A stretch of 64,000 bases of DNA from an uncultured Solirubrobacterales bacterium (GCA_963816755.1 CAWFLN010000008.1:325855-389854), one strand, 5' to 3'; shown: positions 19,056 to 31,637, counted from the stretch's first letter. Made by a program: numbers and translations. Notes: generated by a model not told the origin, from the sequence alone.

Positions 19056-19987
19056 TGGCAGACGACAAAGCAGCCGACGAGACGACCGAGGGTTCGGAGG
19101 CCGTCGACGAGACGACCGAGGGCACGGACGCCGTCGACGAGGCGGCTGAGGGTTCGGAGGCCACGAACGCGGGCCCTGTCGCGGCAGAGGACTCCTCGTC
19201 CTCGCAAGCTGCGGGCGAGGAGCCCACCGCCGCGCCACCCGCGGACGAGGCGTCTGAGGAGCCCGCCGCCGCTGCCGAGCGAGGCCGCTGAGCAGGGTGA
19301 GAGCTCCGACGTTCTGCCGAGGAGTCCGTTGCCGAGGAGGCTCCCGCTGAGGAGTCGAGGTCGTCGAGGAGGCGGCGGTCGAGGCCGAGGAGCCGAAGGC
19401 CGAGGAGAAGAAGAAAGACGTGATTCCGGGGGCCGACCTGGAGCCGATCGCGGTCGAGCCGGAGGCTCAGCTGAGCGCCGAGGAGAAGGCTCGGCTCGAA
19501 GCCGAGGAAGAGGAGAAAGCACGCCGCGAGGCCGCGCTGGCCGGAGCCGACGAGCCCGATAGCCGAGGCCGCGAGCCGCGCCCCGGCGAAGATGGAGAGC
19601 GGCGCCCGCTTCCTCGCCACCGGCAAACGCAAGCGCTCGATCGCCCGCGTCACCCTGCTCCCCGGCGACGGCAAGATCGAAGTCAACAAGCGCAGCCTCG
19701 AGGAGTTCTTCCCGCGCCCCCTGCACCAGACGATCGCCCGCCAGCCGCTCACCGTCTCCGGCTACGAGGGCAACGTCGACGTCCGCGTCCGCGTCCACGG
19801 CGGCGGCATCAGCGGCCAGGCCGGCGCGGTCCGCCACGGGATCGCCCGGGCGCTGACCGAGATCGACCCCGAGCTGCGCGGCGATCTCAAGCGGCGCGGC
19901 TTCCTGACCCGCGACGCCCGCGTCAAGGAGCGTCGCAAGGCCGGGTTCAAGAAGGCCCGCAAGAAGCCGCAGTTCAGCAAGCGCTGA
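19055..19987 (+). CDS. rpsI: 30S ribosomal protein S9 with a long acidic N-terminal extension (frameshifts in the extension)
   Basis: The conserved core is ORF 19592..19987 ([22 protein letters not shown]...[19 protein letters not shown]...[12 protein letters not shown]). ATG 19055 overlaps the L13 stop (TGATG) and opens an Asp/Glu/Ala-rich sequence. That sequence can be followed to the core only by changing frame at least twice. Confidence 0.75.
19076..19165 (+). repeat. 3 x 30-nt in-frame tandem repeat ([10 protein letters not shown]-type) in the acidic region upstream of the S9 core
   Basis: The units at 19076-19105, 19106-19135 and 19136-19165 are gacgagacgaccgagggttcggaggccgtc, gacgagacgaccgagggcacggacgccgtc and gacgaggcggctgagggttcggaggccacg. 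Confidence 0.85.
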
Positions 19988-19996
19988 CGGGGCCTG

Positions 19997-21314
19997 GTGA
20001 TGACGGAGCGCAAGCTCTTCGGAACCGACGGGGTCCGAGGCGAGGCCGGGACGTTCCTCACCGCCGAGCTGGCGACCGCGCTCGGCCGGGCGACCACCGC
20101 CTCGCTGGAGGCCGAGCGGCCGCAGGTCCTGATCGTCCGCGACACCCGCGAGTCGGGGCCGATGCTGGAGGCGGCGCTGGCCGCCGGAGTCGCCGCGGCC
20201 GGCGGCGACGCGCTGCTCGGCGGCGTGCTGCCGACTCCGGCGGCGGCGATCCTCGTCAAGCGGCTCGGGCTCGACCTCGCCGCGGTCGTCTCCGCCTCCC
20301 ACAACCCCTACCGCGACAACGGCATCAAGTTCTTCTCCGCGCAGGGGACGAAGCTCGGCGACGAGCTCGAGGCGCGGATCGAGTCGCTGATGGACGGCGC
20401 GCCGGCGGTCGCCGAGGTCGGCCGGGTGCGCGAGCTGAACGGCGGCCTCGACGACTACCTGCGGGAGCTGGAGGCGCGCCTTCCCGCTCGACCTCTCCGG
20501 CCGCCGGGTCGTGCTCGACTGCGCCAACGGCGCCACCCACCGCGCCGCCCCGGCGATCTTCGAGCGGCTCGGCGCCGAGGTCGAGACGATCGGCGTCGAG
20601 CCCGACGGCCGCAACATCAACGCCGGCTGCGGCTCCACCCACATCGAGGCGCTGGCCGAGCGGGTCGCCGCCTCGGAGGCCGAGATCGGCTTCGCCTTCG
20701 ACGGCGACGGCGACCGGGTGCTCGCCGTCGACGGCGCCGGCCGCGTCCACGACGGCGACGAGCTGATCGCGCTCGCGGCCCGCGGGCATGGCGGCGCGCG
20801 GCGAGCTGAGCGGCGGCGTCGTCGTCACCGTGATGAGCAACTTCGGCTTCCACCGGGCGATGGAGGAGGCGGGGATCGAGGTCGCCGTCACCCAGGTCGG
20901 CGACCGCTACGTGATCGACGAGATGCGCCGCCGCGACTGGCCGCTCGGCGGCGAGCAGTCCGGCCACATCATCGCCTCCGACTTCGTCGCCACCGGCGAC
21001 GGGATCGCCGCGGCGCTGATGACGATGCGCGAGCTGGCCGGCGTCGCCGCTGGCCGACGCGGCGCCGATGGAAAGCTGCCGCAGACGCTGGTCAACGTCG
21101 AGGTCGCCGACCGCGAGGCGATCGCCGGCGCCGACCGCGGTCTGGGAGGCGGTCGAGCGCGAGGAGCGAGGCCTCGAGGGCCGCGGCCGCGTCCTCCTGC
21201 GCCCCTCCGGCACCGAGCCGCTGGTCCGGGTGATGGTCGAGGCGCCGAGCGCCGAGGAGGCCGACGCGGTCTGCGAGCGGCTGGTCGCGCTCGTCCGCGC
21301 AAGAGCTGGCCTGA
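19997..21314 (+). CDS. glmM: Phosphoglucosamine mutase (several frameshifts; 3' end approximate)
   Basis: [12 protein letters not shown]...[15 protein letters not shown] is in ORF 19997... [15 protein letters not shown] is in ORF 20511... GGEQSGHII is in ORF 20788... [15 protein letters not shown] is in ORF 21068... Confidence 0.85.
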
Positions 21315-21345
21315 AGCCGCCTGCCCTCTACCCTTACTCGCCTTC

Positions 21346-23198
21346 ATGTGCGGAATCGTCGGATACGTGGGCGGCCGCCCCTGCGAGGAGCTGCTTGCTC
21401 TCCGGGCTGGAAAAGCTCGAATACCGCGGCTATGACTCGGCCGGCCTCTCGGTGCTCGAGGACGGCGAGGTCGAGAGCGTCCACGCGGTCGGCAACCTCG
21501 CCAACCTGCGCGCCGCGGTCGACGAGCGCGCGCCAACGGCGCCGGCGCCCTGCCGCCGGCCAACACCGGCATCGCCCACACCCGCTGGGCCACCCACGGC
21601 CGCGTCACCGAGGAGAACGCCCACCCGCACGACGACAGCTCCGGCCAGGTCCACATCGTCCTCAACGGGATCGTCGAGAACCACGCCGGCCTGCGCAAGC
21701 GCCTGCAGGCCGACGGCGAGGAGTTCACCTCCGAGACCGACGCCGAGGTCGTCGCCCACCTGATCGCCGACCACTACGACGGCGACCTCGCCGCCGCGGT
21801 CCGCGCCGCCTACGCCGAGCTGCGCGGCCACTACGCCTTCGTCGCCATGCACGCCGACGAGCCGCAGCGCCTGGTCGGCGCCCGCAAGGAGTGCCCGCTG
21901 GTCGCCGGCGTCGGCGACGGGGGAGACCTTCCTCGCCTCGGCGATCCCCGCCTTCCTCGCCGACACCCGCACCGCGGTGCCGATCGAAAACGGCGAGATC
22001 GTCGAAATCGAAGCCGGCGGGGTGCGGATCACCGACACCGACGGCAACCCGATCGAGCGCGAGCCCGAAGAGGTGACCTGGGACGCCGACGCCGCCGAGA
22101 AGGGCGGCTACGAGACCTTCATGCTGAAGGAGATCCACGAACAGGCCGACGCGGTCGCCGAGACGATCGCCGACCGCCTGCCCGGCGACGACGGCGTCGA
22201 CCTCTCCGACGTCGAGCTCGACGACGACTTCCTGCGCGACGTGCGGCGGATCGTGATCGTCGCCTGCGGCACCTCCTACCACGCCGGCCTGATCGGCCGC
22301 TACGCGATCGAGGAGTGGGCGCGGGTGCCGGTCGAGATGGACATCGCCTCCGAGTACCGCTACCGCAACCCGGTGGTCGGGCCGGGCGACCTGGTGATCG
22401 GGATCACCCAGTCCGGCGAGACCGCCGACACCCTGGCGGCGATGCGGCTGGCCCGCGAGGCCGGCGCCACGGTGCTGGCGGTCACCAACATCATGGGCAG
22501 CCAGGCGACCCGCGACGCCGACGCCGTCCTCTACACCCGCGCCGGCCTGGAGATCGGCGTCGCCGCGACCAAGACCTTCGTCGCCCAGGTGGCGGCGATG
22601 TACCTGCTGGGGCTGCGGATCGCCGAGCTGCGCGGGACGCTGCCGCCGGAGCGGATCGCCGAGCTGGTCGCCGAGCTGAAGGCGCTGCCGTCGAAGATCG
22701 AGGAGACGCTGGCCGCGGTCGAGGAGCCGGTCCGCGCCGTCGCCGCCGCCCACAGCGAGCAGAACTTCTTCCTCTACCTCGGCCGCCACATCGGCCTGCC
22801 GGTCTGCCTCGAGGGGGCGCTGAAGCTGAAGGAGATCTCCTACATCCCGACCGACGCCTACGCGGCGGGGGAGATGAAGCACGGCCCGATCGCCCTGCTC
22901 GACGAGTCGACCCCGGTCGTCTGCGTCGCCACCGACAGCCCGGTGCTGGAGAAGGTCCTCTCCAACGTCGAGGAGGTCCGCGCCCGCGGCGCCCAGACGA
23001 TCGCGATCGCCACCGCCGGCGACGAGCGCGCCGCCGAAGTCGCCGACGAGACGATCGAGGTCGCCGCGCACCGACTGGATCCTGCAGCCGATCGTGGCGA
23101 TCCTGCCGCTGCAGCTGCTCGCCTACGACATCGCCCGCGCCCGCGGCCTCAACGTCGACCAGCCGCGCAACCTGGCGAAGACCGTCACGGTCGAGTGA
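21346..23198 (+). CDS. glmS: Glutamine--fructose-6-phosphate aminotransferase (several frameshifts)
   Basis: The N-terminal nucleophile [10 protein letters not shown] starts at ATG 21346. [13 protein letters not shown] follows. The SIS domains are in ORF 21977.. (ACGTSYHAG...QSGETADT...). The C-terminus ...[26 protein letters not shown] ends at 23198 in another frame. Confidence 0.9.
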
Positions 23199-23209
23199 GG
23201 GCCGCTAGG

Positions 23210-24775
23210 ATGCGCGCTCGCGTGAAGGCCCGTCTCGTCCTCTCGTCCTCCGCGGCACTCGCCGCCCTCGCCGTCGCCGGCTGCGGCGGCGGCAGCAGCT
23301 CGGGCTCGGACCCGGCCACCCTCGCCCCGCCGAGGTCGCCGCTCTTCATCGAAGCGACGGTGCAGCCGCAAGGCGAGCTGAAGTCGAACATCGAGTCGCT
23401 GGCCAAGAACATCGCCGGCATCGACGACCTCGGCGGGCTGATCGTCTCCGAGCTCGAAGACTCGGCCAGCTCCTCCGGCGAAGAACTCGACTTCGAAAAG
23501 GAAATCGAGCCCTGGCTCGGCGAAAAGGGCGGGATCTTCTTCCAGGAATACGACGGCGACGACTTCAACGGCTACGGCGTCGCGATCCAGACCACCGACC
23601 CCGGCGCCACCCAGGACTTCATCGACAAGCAGAGTCAAGTCAAGCGACGAACCGGTCAAGGACGGCTCCTACGAAGGCGTCGACTACAAGGTCCAGGCCG
23701 AAGACGGGACCACGATCGGCGTCGTCGGCGACTTCCTCGCCATCGCCGAAGACGAAGCGACCTTCAAGGACATGGTCGACGCCTCCGAGCGGCGAATCGC
23801 TGGCCGACGAAGACGGCTTCGCGAGCGCGATCGCCGCCGCGCCGAGCGGCAGCGTCGCCGACGTCTTCGTCGACATCGGCGGCCTGATCGAACAGTCCGG
23901 CGGCTCGGTCGACCCGGAAGCGCAGCAGTTCCTCGACAGCGCCGGGATCGACCCCAGCGAAGCGACCGCGGTGGCCAGCCTGATTCCCGGCTCCGACCAG
24001 GTCGAGATCGACTTCAGCAGCGACCTGACCGGGAAGAACCCGCCCTCCGGCGACGCCTCGGAGCTGCTCGGCTCGCTGCCCGGCGACTCGGTCGCCGCCT
24101 TCGCCTCCGCCGATTTCGGCAAGCGCTTCGAGGAAGCGATCGACAGCCTCGACGCCAAGGGCATCCCCGGCCAGGTTCCGCCCCACAAGTTGAAGAGCAC
24201 CCTGGAGGAAGCCGGCATCGACCTCGACACGATCACCTCCTCGCTCGGCGACCTCGGCGTCTTCGTCGAAGGCAACAGCCGAAGGAGCCTCGCCGGCGCC
24301 GTGGTGCTGACCACCAAGGGCGCCAGGGAAGCGACCAACACCGTCGCCAACATCGGCCTGCTGCTGCGCGCGACCGGGACCCCGGGGTCACCGCGATCGG
24401 CGGCAAGGCCAGCGGCTTCTCGATCCGCGACCGGAACTCGGCCCCCAGCCGATCGTCGTCGCCGCCGAAGGCGAGCGGATCGCGATCGCCTACGGCCTGC
24501 CCGCGGCGACGCAGGCCTTGGCCACGGGTTCCAGCGACACCCTCGCCGACAGCCCGGCTTACAAGGAAGCGGTCGCCGCTCTCGGCAGCACGCCGATCAG
24601 CGGCTTCGTCGACGGGCCGGCGGCGCTGCACCTGGCCTCGGCGCTGGTGCCGCCCGGCGAAGAGGGTTTTCAGATGGCCAAGCCCTATCTGACCAAGATC
24701 GACTACGTCGCGATCGGGGCGGGTACGTCGGGCGATCTGGCGACGGCGAAGCTGATCGCGGGCATCGGCAGGTAG
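23210..24775 (+). CDS. Secreted lipoprotein of unknown function (DUF3352-like by recollection; frameshifts)
   Basis: ATG 23210 is followed by the lipobox LAVAGCGG. Fragments across three frames end in ORF 24518..24775. Confidence 0.55.
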
Positions 24776-24822
24776 CTCGGCTGCCGTGGCGGCGGCGACG
24801 GCTCGGGCTAGGCTGCGAGGGG

Positions 24823-26346
24823 ATGGAGACCTGGCTGAAGCCGCTGTACGACGCCGAGGGGATGCGGGCGGTCGATCGCTGGGCGATCGAGGAGATCGGG
24901 GTGCCTTCGCTGGAGCTGATGGAGGCGGCGGGACGGGCGTGGCCGAGGCGGTGGCGGAGCTGGCTCCGGAGGGGCCGGTGCGGGTCGTCTGCGGCAAGGG
25001 GAACAACGGCGGCGACGGGCTGGTCGCGGCTCGGCTGCTCGACGGGATGGGCTTCGAGGTCGAGGCGCTGCTGCTCTGGCCGGCCGAGGAGCTGAGCGGG
25101 GACGCGGCGCTCAACCTGGCGCGCGTCGAGGGCGACCATGCGAGGACGGACCTGGACGGGCGGCTGGCCGGCTCGGGCGCGGTCGTCGACGCGATCTTCG
25201 GCACCGGGTTCGCGGGGGCGCCGCGGCGAGCCGGCCGCGGCGGCGATCGAGGCGATCAACCGCTGCGGGGCGCCGGTCGTCGCCTGCGACATCGCCTCCG
25301 GGGTCGACGCCTCCAGCGGCGAGGTCGAGGGCGTCGCGGTCGAGGCCGACCTCACGGTCAGCTTCCACGCCGCCAAGCTCGGCCAGCGGGTCGCGCCCGG
25401 CAAGTGGCACAGCGGCGAGCTGCGGGTGGCGCCGATCGGGATTCCCCGCCGGTGCGCCGGGCGAGCCGGCGGCGGGGACGATCGAGCCCGCCGTCCTCGA
25501 CCTGGCGCCGCGGCGCGGGCCCCGCTCGACCAAGTTCAGCTCCGGCCAGGTGACGATCGCCGGCGGCTCGCGCGGGCTGACCGGGGCGGTGCGGATGTCC
25601 TCGCTGGCGGCGATCCGGGCCGGCGCCGGCTACGCGACCGTCGCCGTGCCCGCCGACCTCGAGCCGGTCTTCGAGGCGGCGCAGCCCGAGGTGATGTCGG
25701 TCGGCTGCCCCGGCGGCGACGGCTGCCTGGCTCCGGCCTCGGCGAAGGCGGTGCTGCGCGCCTTCGAGCGGGCCGCGGCCGGGGTGCTCGGGCCCGGCCT
25801 CGGCCGCGATCCCGGCTCGGTCGAGCTGGCCCGCGAGGTGGTCGGCGCGATCGAGGCGCCGCTGGTGATCGACGCCGACGGCCTCAACGCCTTCGCCGGG
25901 CGGCTGGGGCGGATCGCCGCTCGCGAAGCGCCGACCGTCCTGACCCCGCACGCCGGCGAGCTCGGGCGGCTGCTCGAGCGCGACTCCGAGGAGATCGCCG
26001 CCCACCGGCTCGCCTGCGGCCCGCGAGGCCGCCGAGGTCGGCCGGGGCGGTCGTCGTCCTCAAGGGCGACGACACGATCGTCACCGACGGCGAGCGGGTC
26101 GCGGTCAACGCGATCTCGGCTCCGGCGCTGGCCACGGCCGGCAGCGGCGACGTCCTCTCCGGGATCACCGCGGCGCTGCTCGCCCGCGGCCTGGAGCCGT
26201 TCGCGGCCGCCTGCGCGGCGGTCCTCGCCCACGCCCGCGCCGGCCGCGACGCGGCGGCTCGGGTCGGCGCCGCCGAGTCGGTGATCGCCACCGACGTGAT
26301 CGACTCGATCCCCGTGGGTCTGCTTCCCGGTCGGCCGGTCGAATAA
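24823..26346 (+). CDS. nnr: Bifunctional NAD(P)H-hydrate repair enzyme Nnr (epimerase + ADP-dependent dehydratase; frameshifts)
   Basis: The N-terminal YjeF_N part reads MRAVDRWAIEEIGVPSLELMEAAG...CGKGNNGGDGLVAAR. The C-terminal kinase-like part reads GGSRGLTGAVRMSSLAA...VIDADGLN...LTPHAGE...LKGDDTIV...LATAGSGDVLSG. Confidence 0.8.
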
Positions 26347-26357
26347 TCTCGCCGGCG

Positions 26358-26829
26358 ATGAAGACCGCCGCCGAGATCATGGACGCCGACGTGCCCAGCG
26401 TCGACTCCCGGCGACGACGCCCGCACGGCGATCGACCTGCTGGCGAAGACCGACCTGGGCGCGATCCCGGTCGTCGACGAGCGAGCGCAAGGTGGTCGGC
26501 ATCGTCAGCGAGTCGGACCTGATCCTCAGCGACGAGGAGTCCGACCTGCACCTGCCGCACTACCTCAACATCATGGGCGGGATCGTCTTCGTCGGCTCGA
26601 TGAAGGGCTTCGAGGAGCGCCTCGAACAAAGCCTTCGCCACCAAGGTCGCCGAGCTGATGACCGCCGATCCGATCGTCGTCCACGTCGACGACGACGGCC
26701 GGCCGGGTCGCGAAGACGATCGCCGACAAGCACCACAACCACCTGCCCGTGGTCGACGCCGACGGGCGCCTGGCGGGCATGGTCACCCGGGCCGACGCGC
26801 TCGCCGCCCTCGTCGACGACGTAGACGCG
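26358..26829 (+). CDS. CBS domain pair protein (frameshifts; 3' end not defined)
   Basis: MKTAAEIMDADVPSV..., VVGIVSESDLIL (ORF 26492..) and LPVVDADGRLAGMVTRADAL (ORF 26749..). No in-frame stop occurs before the alr start codon in the current sequence. Confidence 0.6.
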
Positions 26830-27938
26830 ATGGAGCGGGCGGTCGCCCGGATCGACTTCGACGCGATCCGGGCCAACTGCGCCCGGCTGAAGGCGGAGCT
26901 CGGCGACGGCGCCGAGCTCTGCGCGGTGGTCAAGGCCGACGGCTACGGCCACGGCGCCGACGGCTGCGCCAACGCGGCGCTGGCCGGCGGCGCGACCCGG
27001 CTGGCCGTCGCGACCGCGGGCGAGGCCGAACAGGTCGGCCGCCGCCTCCAGCACATCCCCCTGCTGACGATGGGTGCCCTGACCGCGGAGGAGGTCGACG
27101 TCGTCCTCTCCGCCGGCTCGGAGGTGGCGGTCTGGCGCGAGGGCTTCCGCGGCCTGCTCGCCGACCGCGCCCGCGCGCAGGGCCGGCCCGCCCGGGTCCA
27201 CGTCAAGCACGACAGCGGCATGGGCCGGCTCGGCAACCCCGATCCGGAGGAGGTGCTGGCCCTGGCCCGCGCCTGCGCCGCCGACCCCAACCTCGAGCTG
27301 GCCGGCGTCTGGACCCACTTCGCGACCGCCGACGAACCCGACTCGGACTTCTTCGACGAGCAGCTCGTCGCTTCGAGGCGGTCGCCGCCGCGGTCAAGGC
27401 CGAGTTCCCCGCCGCGATCGCCCACGCCGCCAACAGCGCCGCCGTCTTCCGCGACCGGCGCTCCCACTTCGACATGGCCCGCTGCGGCGTCGCCGTCTAC
27501 GGGCTCGACCCCTTCCAGGGCGACCCGGCCGAGCACGGCCTGGCGCCGGCGCTCTCGCTGCGCTCCTACGTCGCCGACGTCAAGCGCTTCGCGCCGGCGC
27601 CAGCGCCGGCTACGGGCAGCGCTGGACCGCGGCGGAGGAGACCTGGGTCGGCGTCGTCCCGCTCGGCTACGGCGACGGGGTCCGGCGCGGCCTCTCCAAC
27701 AACGCCGAGGTGCTGGTCCGCGGCCGCCGCCGACCCCTGGTCGGCACCGTCTCGATGGACAACGTGACGATCGACCTCGGCCCCGAGACCGACGTCGAGC
27801 CCGGCGACGAGGCGGTGCTGATCGGCCCCCAGGGCGAGGACGCGATCCTCGCCGAGGAGGTCGCCGCCCGGCTCGACACGATCAACTACGAGGTCACCTG
27901 CGGGATCTCGGCCCGGGTGCCGCGCCGCGCCGGCATGA
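26830..27938 (+). CDS. alr: Alanine racemase (frameshifts; 3' end approximate)
   Basis: ATG 26830 opens ARIDFDAIRANCARLKAEL...AVVKADGYGHGA (PLP lysine motif) ...VHVKHDSGMGRLG...THFATAD. Later segments are ...AGYGQRW...PLGYGDG...GTVSMDNVTIDL...INYEVTCGISARVPR. Confidence 0.8.
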
Positions 27939-29400
27939 CGCTTGGCCGACGCGCCTTGCAGCGCCTTCGCCGCCTGCGTGCGGCGCCGCACGGCGAGCGC
28001 TGGCGGACGGCGAGGGAGCCTGGATCGTCGGCGGCGCCGTGCGCGACGCCGCTCTCGGGCGCGAGGTCACCGACCTCGACCTCGCCGTCGCCGGCGACCC
28101 CGGCGCGGCGGCGCGGGCGATCGCCGCCGAGCTGGGCGAGCACGCCTTCGAGCTCTCGGCCGAGTTCGGGACCTGGCGGGTGGCCGGCGCCGGGCCTGGC
28201 CTGGCAGGTCGACGCGACGGCCCTGCGCGGAGCCGGCATCGAGGCCGACCTGGCCGAGCGCGACTTCACCGTCGGCGCCGTCGCCGTGCCGCTCGCCGGG
28301 CGGCGAGCCGATCGACCCCTTCGGCGGCCTCGCCGACCTCGAGCGCCGGCTTCTGCGCGCGGTCGGCGAGCAGCAGCTTCGCCGGCGATCCGCTGCGCCT
28401 GCTGCGGGCGGCCCGGCTCGCCGCCGAGCTCGAGCTGGAGATCGACCGGGACACGATGAGCTCTGGCCCGCGCGGCCGCGTCCCGGGCCGCCGAGCCGGC
28501 CGGCGAGCGCCAGCTGGCCGAGCTGCGGCAGCTGCTCGGCGGCCCCGATCCGCTGCGCGGCCTCGCCCTGCTCGACGAGCTGGAGCTGACCGCCGTCGTC
28601 CTGCCCGAGCTGGAGGCCCTGCGCGGGGTCGAGCAGGGGCCCAACCACCACCTCGACGTCCACGACCACACGCTGGCGGTGCTCGAGCACACGCTCGAGG
28701 TCGAGGACGACCTCGGCCGCTTCGCCGGCGAGCGCGCCGACGAGGTCGCGGAGCTGCTGGCCGAGCCGCTGGCCGACGAGATGAGCCGCGGCACGGCGCT
28801 GCGCTTCGGCGCCCTCTTCCACGACATCGGCAAGCCCGCGACCCGGGCCGAGCGCGACGGCTTCGTCGGCTTTCGCGGCCACGACCGGGTGGGGGCGGAG
28901 ATCGTCGGCGGGATCTGCGGCCGCCTGCGCGCCAGCCGCCGCCTCACCCAGCACCTGCGGGGACTGACGCTGCACCACCTGCGGCTCGGCTTCCTGGTCC
29001 CGGAGGCGCCGCTGCCGCCGCGCCGCGTCCACGAGTACCTGCGCGCGACCGAACCGGTCGCCGTCGACGTCACCCTGCTGACCGTCGCCGACCGCCTCTC
29101 GGCCCGCGGGGCGGGCCGTTCGCCACCCCGGAGATGGTCGAGGCGCACCTCGCCCTCGCCCGCCAGATGCTCGCCGCCGCGCTCGACTGGCGCCGCGACG
29201 GCCCGCCGGCGCCGCTGCTGCGCGGCGACGAGCTCGCGGCGGAGCTGGGGATCGGCGAGGGGCCGGAGCTCGGCGAGCTGCTGGCCGAGCTGGAGGCCGC
29301 CCAGTACGCGGGCGAGGTGACGACCGGCCGAGCCGTCGAGCACGCCGAGTCCTGGCTGAGCCAGACGCGACTGCGCCTGGTCAGGTACGCTCGTCGCCGC
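27935..29400 (+). CDS. cca: CCA tRNA nucleotidyltransferase / poly(A) polymerase family with HD domain (many frameshifts; both ends approximate)
   Basis: [61 protein letters not shown] and LFHDIGKP are spread over several frames (ORFs 26749.., 27710.., 28679..). Confidence 0.7.
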
Positions 29401-29422
29401 ATGGCCAGAGGAAAAGATCGAA

Positions 29423-29617
29423 ATGGAGGGGGAGATCACCGAGGCCCTCCCCAACACGATGTTCCGGGTCAAACTCGACAACGGCCATGACGTGCTCGGC
29501 CACATCTCGGGCAAGATGCGCCGCCACTACATCCGCATCCTCCCCGGCGACCGCGTCAAGATCGAGCTTTCGCCTTACGACCTCGACCGCGGCCGCATCA
29601 CCTACCGCTACAAATAG
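29423..29617 (+). CDS. infA: Translation initiation factor IF-1
   Basis: ORF 29423..29617 reads [64 protein letters not shown]. Removing one G at 29410-29411 would extend it to ATG 29401 ([11 protein letters not shown]...). Confidence 0.9.
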   Translation: MEGEITEALPNTMFRVKLDNGHDVLGHISGKMRRHYIRILPGDRVKIELSPYDLDRGRITYRYK

Positions 29618-29626
29618 CGGCCGTCT

Positions 29627-30843
29627 TCACGGCCGTTCGTAGTCCGGATCGGCCAGCTCGGCGATCAGCGCCGACCAGGCGAAGTCCTTGGCGCCGAGGC
29701 CCTTGCCGGTGCGCGGGTCGTAGTACTCGCGCAGGCCTTCGCGCTCGACCGCGCGCGATCAGGCCGTCGGCGAGGCGCTGCGCCTCCTCCTCGTAGCCGA
29801 GGCGGCGCATGCCCAGCCAGACCATCCAGGCCGAGTTGACCCAGGTCGGGCCGCGCCAGTAGCGGCGGATCGGGCCGCGGCCGCCGCCGGGCTCGTAGCT
29901 CGGCTCCGAGGCGGCGACCGAGGGCGGCGCGACCGGGGTCAGGAACTCGCTCGCGGTTCAGCAGGTGCTCCTCGACCAGCCGCCGGCCGATCTGCCTCCG
30001 GCAGGTCGGGCAGGGCGAGCGGGGCCAGCGCCGCCCAGGTGACGGACGGCGGGCCGGGCGCCGCCCGGCTGCGACCTCGTCGAGGAAGAGGCCGCGCCGC
30101 TCGTCCCAGAGCCGCTCGACCAGGGCCGGCGTCGCCGACGGCCGGCCCAGCGCCTGCAGCGAGAGCGACCACATCGTGTTGACCAGCGTCTCGCAGAGGA
30201 CCGGGCCGCCGCGCTCGCGGATCCGCCGCGCGTCGAAGCCGAGCCGGCGGTTGCGGCGGACCAGCAGCGGGAAGCCGATCCGGCCGTTCGCCCGCCGGCC
30301 CCAGACCGGGTCGAACTTGGGCGAGGCGTCGAGGCCCGACTCGTCGGGCTGGACGATCCAGAGCAGCCCGTCGCCCTCGAGGTCGCGGTTGGCGGCGAGC
30401 CAGTCCAGCTGGGCGGCGATCCGCGGCTCCTCGGCCGGGTCGCCGACGGCGATCCGCCAGGCCCAGGCCAGCAGCGGCGGCTGGATCGTCTCGGTCTGGA
30501 AGGCGCTGCGCGAGGCGACGTTGTAGAAGGCGAGCCGGGTCAGCGAGACCGGGCGGTCCCAGAAGATCGTGTGGCCGATGAAGCCGTCGGGGCGCTGGGC
30601 GGCGAGCAGGCTCTCCAGCTCGGCCCGGGCCCGGGCCGGGTCGAAGCGGCGCCAGACGATCGCCGCGAAGCAGGAGTCCCAGTACCACTGCCACGGGTAG
30701 CGCCCGGGGCTGGGCTCGGTGTAGGCGTAGCGCGACGCCCGTCGCGCTCGCCCTCGCAGCCAGTTCTGGCGCAGGACCCGCTCGGCGAGCTCCACGCGCC
30801 GATGGGCCGAGTCGGCTCTGGCTCGCATCGGCGCGTCGCGCAT
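29627..30843 (-). CDS. GH63-like glycoside hydrolase (glucosylglycerate/mannosylglycerate hydrolase-like, (alpha/alpha)6 barrel; frameshifts)
   Basis: The N-terminal part is in ORF 29665..31173 (SPGRYPWQWYWDSCFAAIVW...GFIGHTIFW...QPPLLAWA...WIVQPDESGLDASPKFD). The C-terminal part ...YWRGPTWVNSAWMVWLGMRRLGY...EYYDPRTGKGLGAKDFAWSA... is in other frames. ATG 30843 overlaps the upstream stop (TGATG). Confidence 0.6.
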
Positions 30844-31637
30844 CACAGCGCCGTGCGGCGCATCTCGCGCAGGGCGAGGGCGCCCAGCACCGCCAGCATC
30901 CCGGCCAGCGCCAGCAGTCCCGGCCAGGTTTCGGCCCAGGTGACGCCGCCGACGAAGCCCTGCCGCGCCGCTTCGACGCACCTGGGTCACCGGGTTGACG
31001 CGGGCGATGTCCTGCAGCCAGCCCTGCAGCAGCGCCAGCGGCGCGTAGGCGGTGGTGGTGAGGATCAGCGCCATCATCCCCGCCTGCATCAGCGGCGCCG
31101 CCGACTGGCTCTTGAAGCGCAGCGCCAGCATCGACCCCCAGCAGGCGGCGACGGCGGCCATCGCCGCGACCATCAGGTAGGTGATCAGCGAGGCCGTCGA
31201 TGCCGGGCCAGCCGGCGCCGAGCAGCCAGCGCGATCGCGAGCACGAAGGTGGCCGGGATCAGCGCGCGGGCGCTGGCCGCGAGCACGGTGCCGGCGAGCA
31301 GCACCCAGCGCGGGGCGGGGGAGACGAGCAGCCGGTCGAGCCAGCCCTGCTCGATGTCGCGGGCGAGGTTGACCCCGGCCGCGGCGCCGGTGAAGCCGGC
31401 GCCCTGCAGCATGCTGATCGGGACGATGAAGCTCTCGTAGCTGCCGGTGCTGAAGCCGCGCAGCTGGGTCAGGGCGCCGAAGACGCCGTTGAGGCCGAGG
31501 AAGAAGATCGTCGGCGCCAGCACCCCGGGGATCGCCGCCCCGGGCACCCGCAGCAGCTCGTTCTTGGCCCGCGCCATCAGGGCGCCGATCGTCGCCAGGT
31601 TGGCGCGCCAGGCCGGGATCGCCAGCGCCGCCTCCAT
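30843..31637 (-). CDS. ABC-2 type exporter permease (second copy; frameshifts)
   Basis: MEAALAIPAWRANLATIGALMARAKNELLRVPGAAIPGVLAPTIFFLGLNG... is at the end of ORF 31185..33713. It continues as ...MVAAMAAVAACWGSMLALRFKS...NPVTQV in ORF 29665..31173. Confidence 0.7.

Noticed and set aside
26358-27938. An apparent in-frame fusion of the CBS-pair protein with alanine racemase (no stop before ATG 26830 in ORF 26749..29490).
   Set aside because: The same ORF also runs through alr, cca and into infA only because of indels. A TAG at 26822-26824 lies one frame away. The fusion is most likely an artefact of the local frameshifts.
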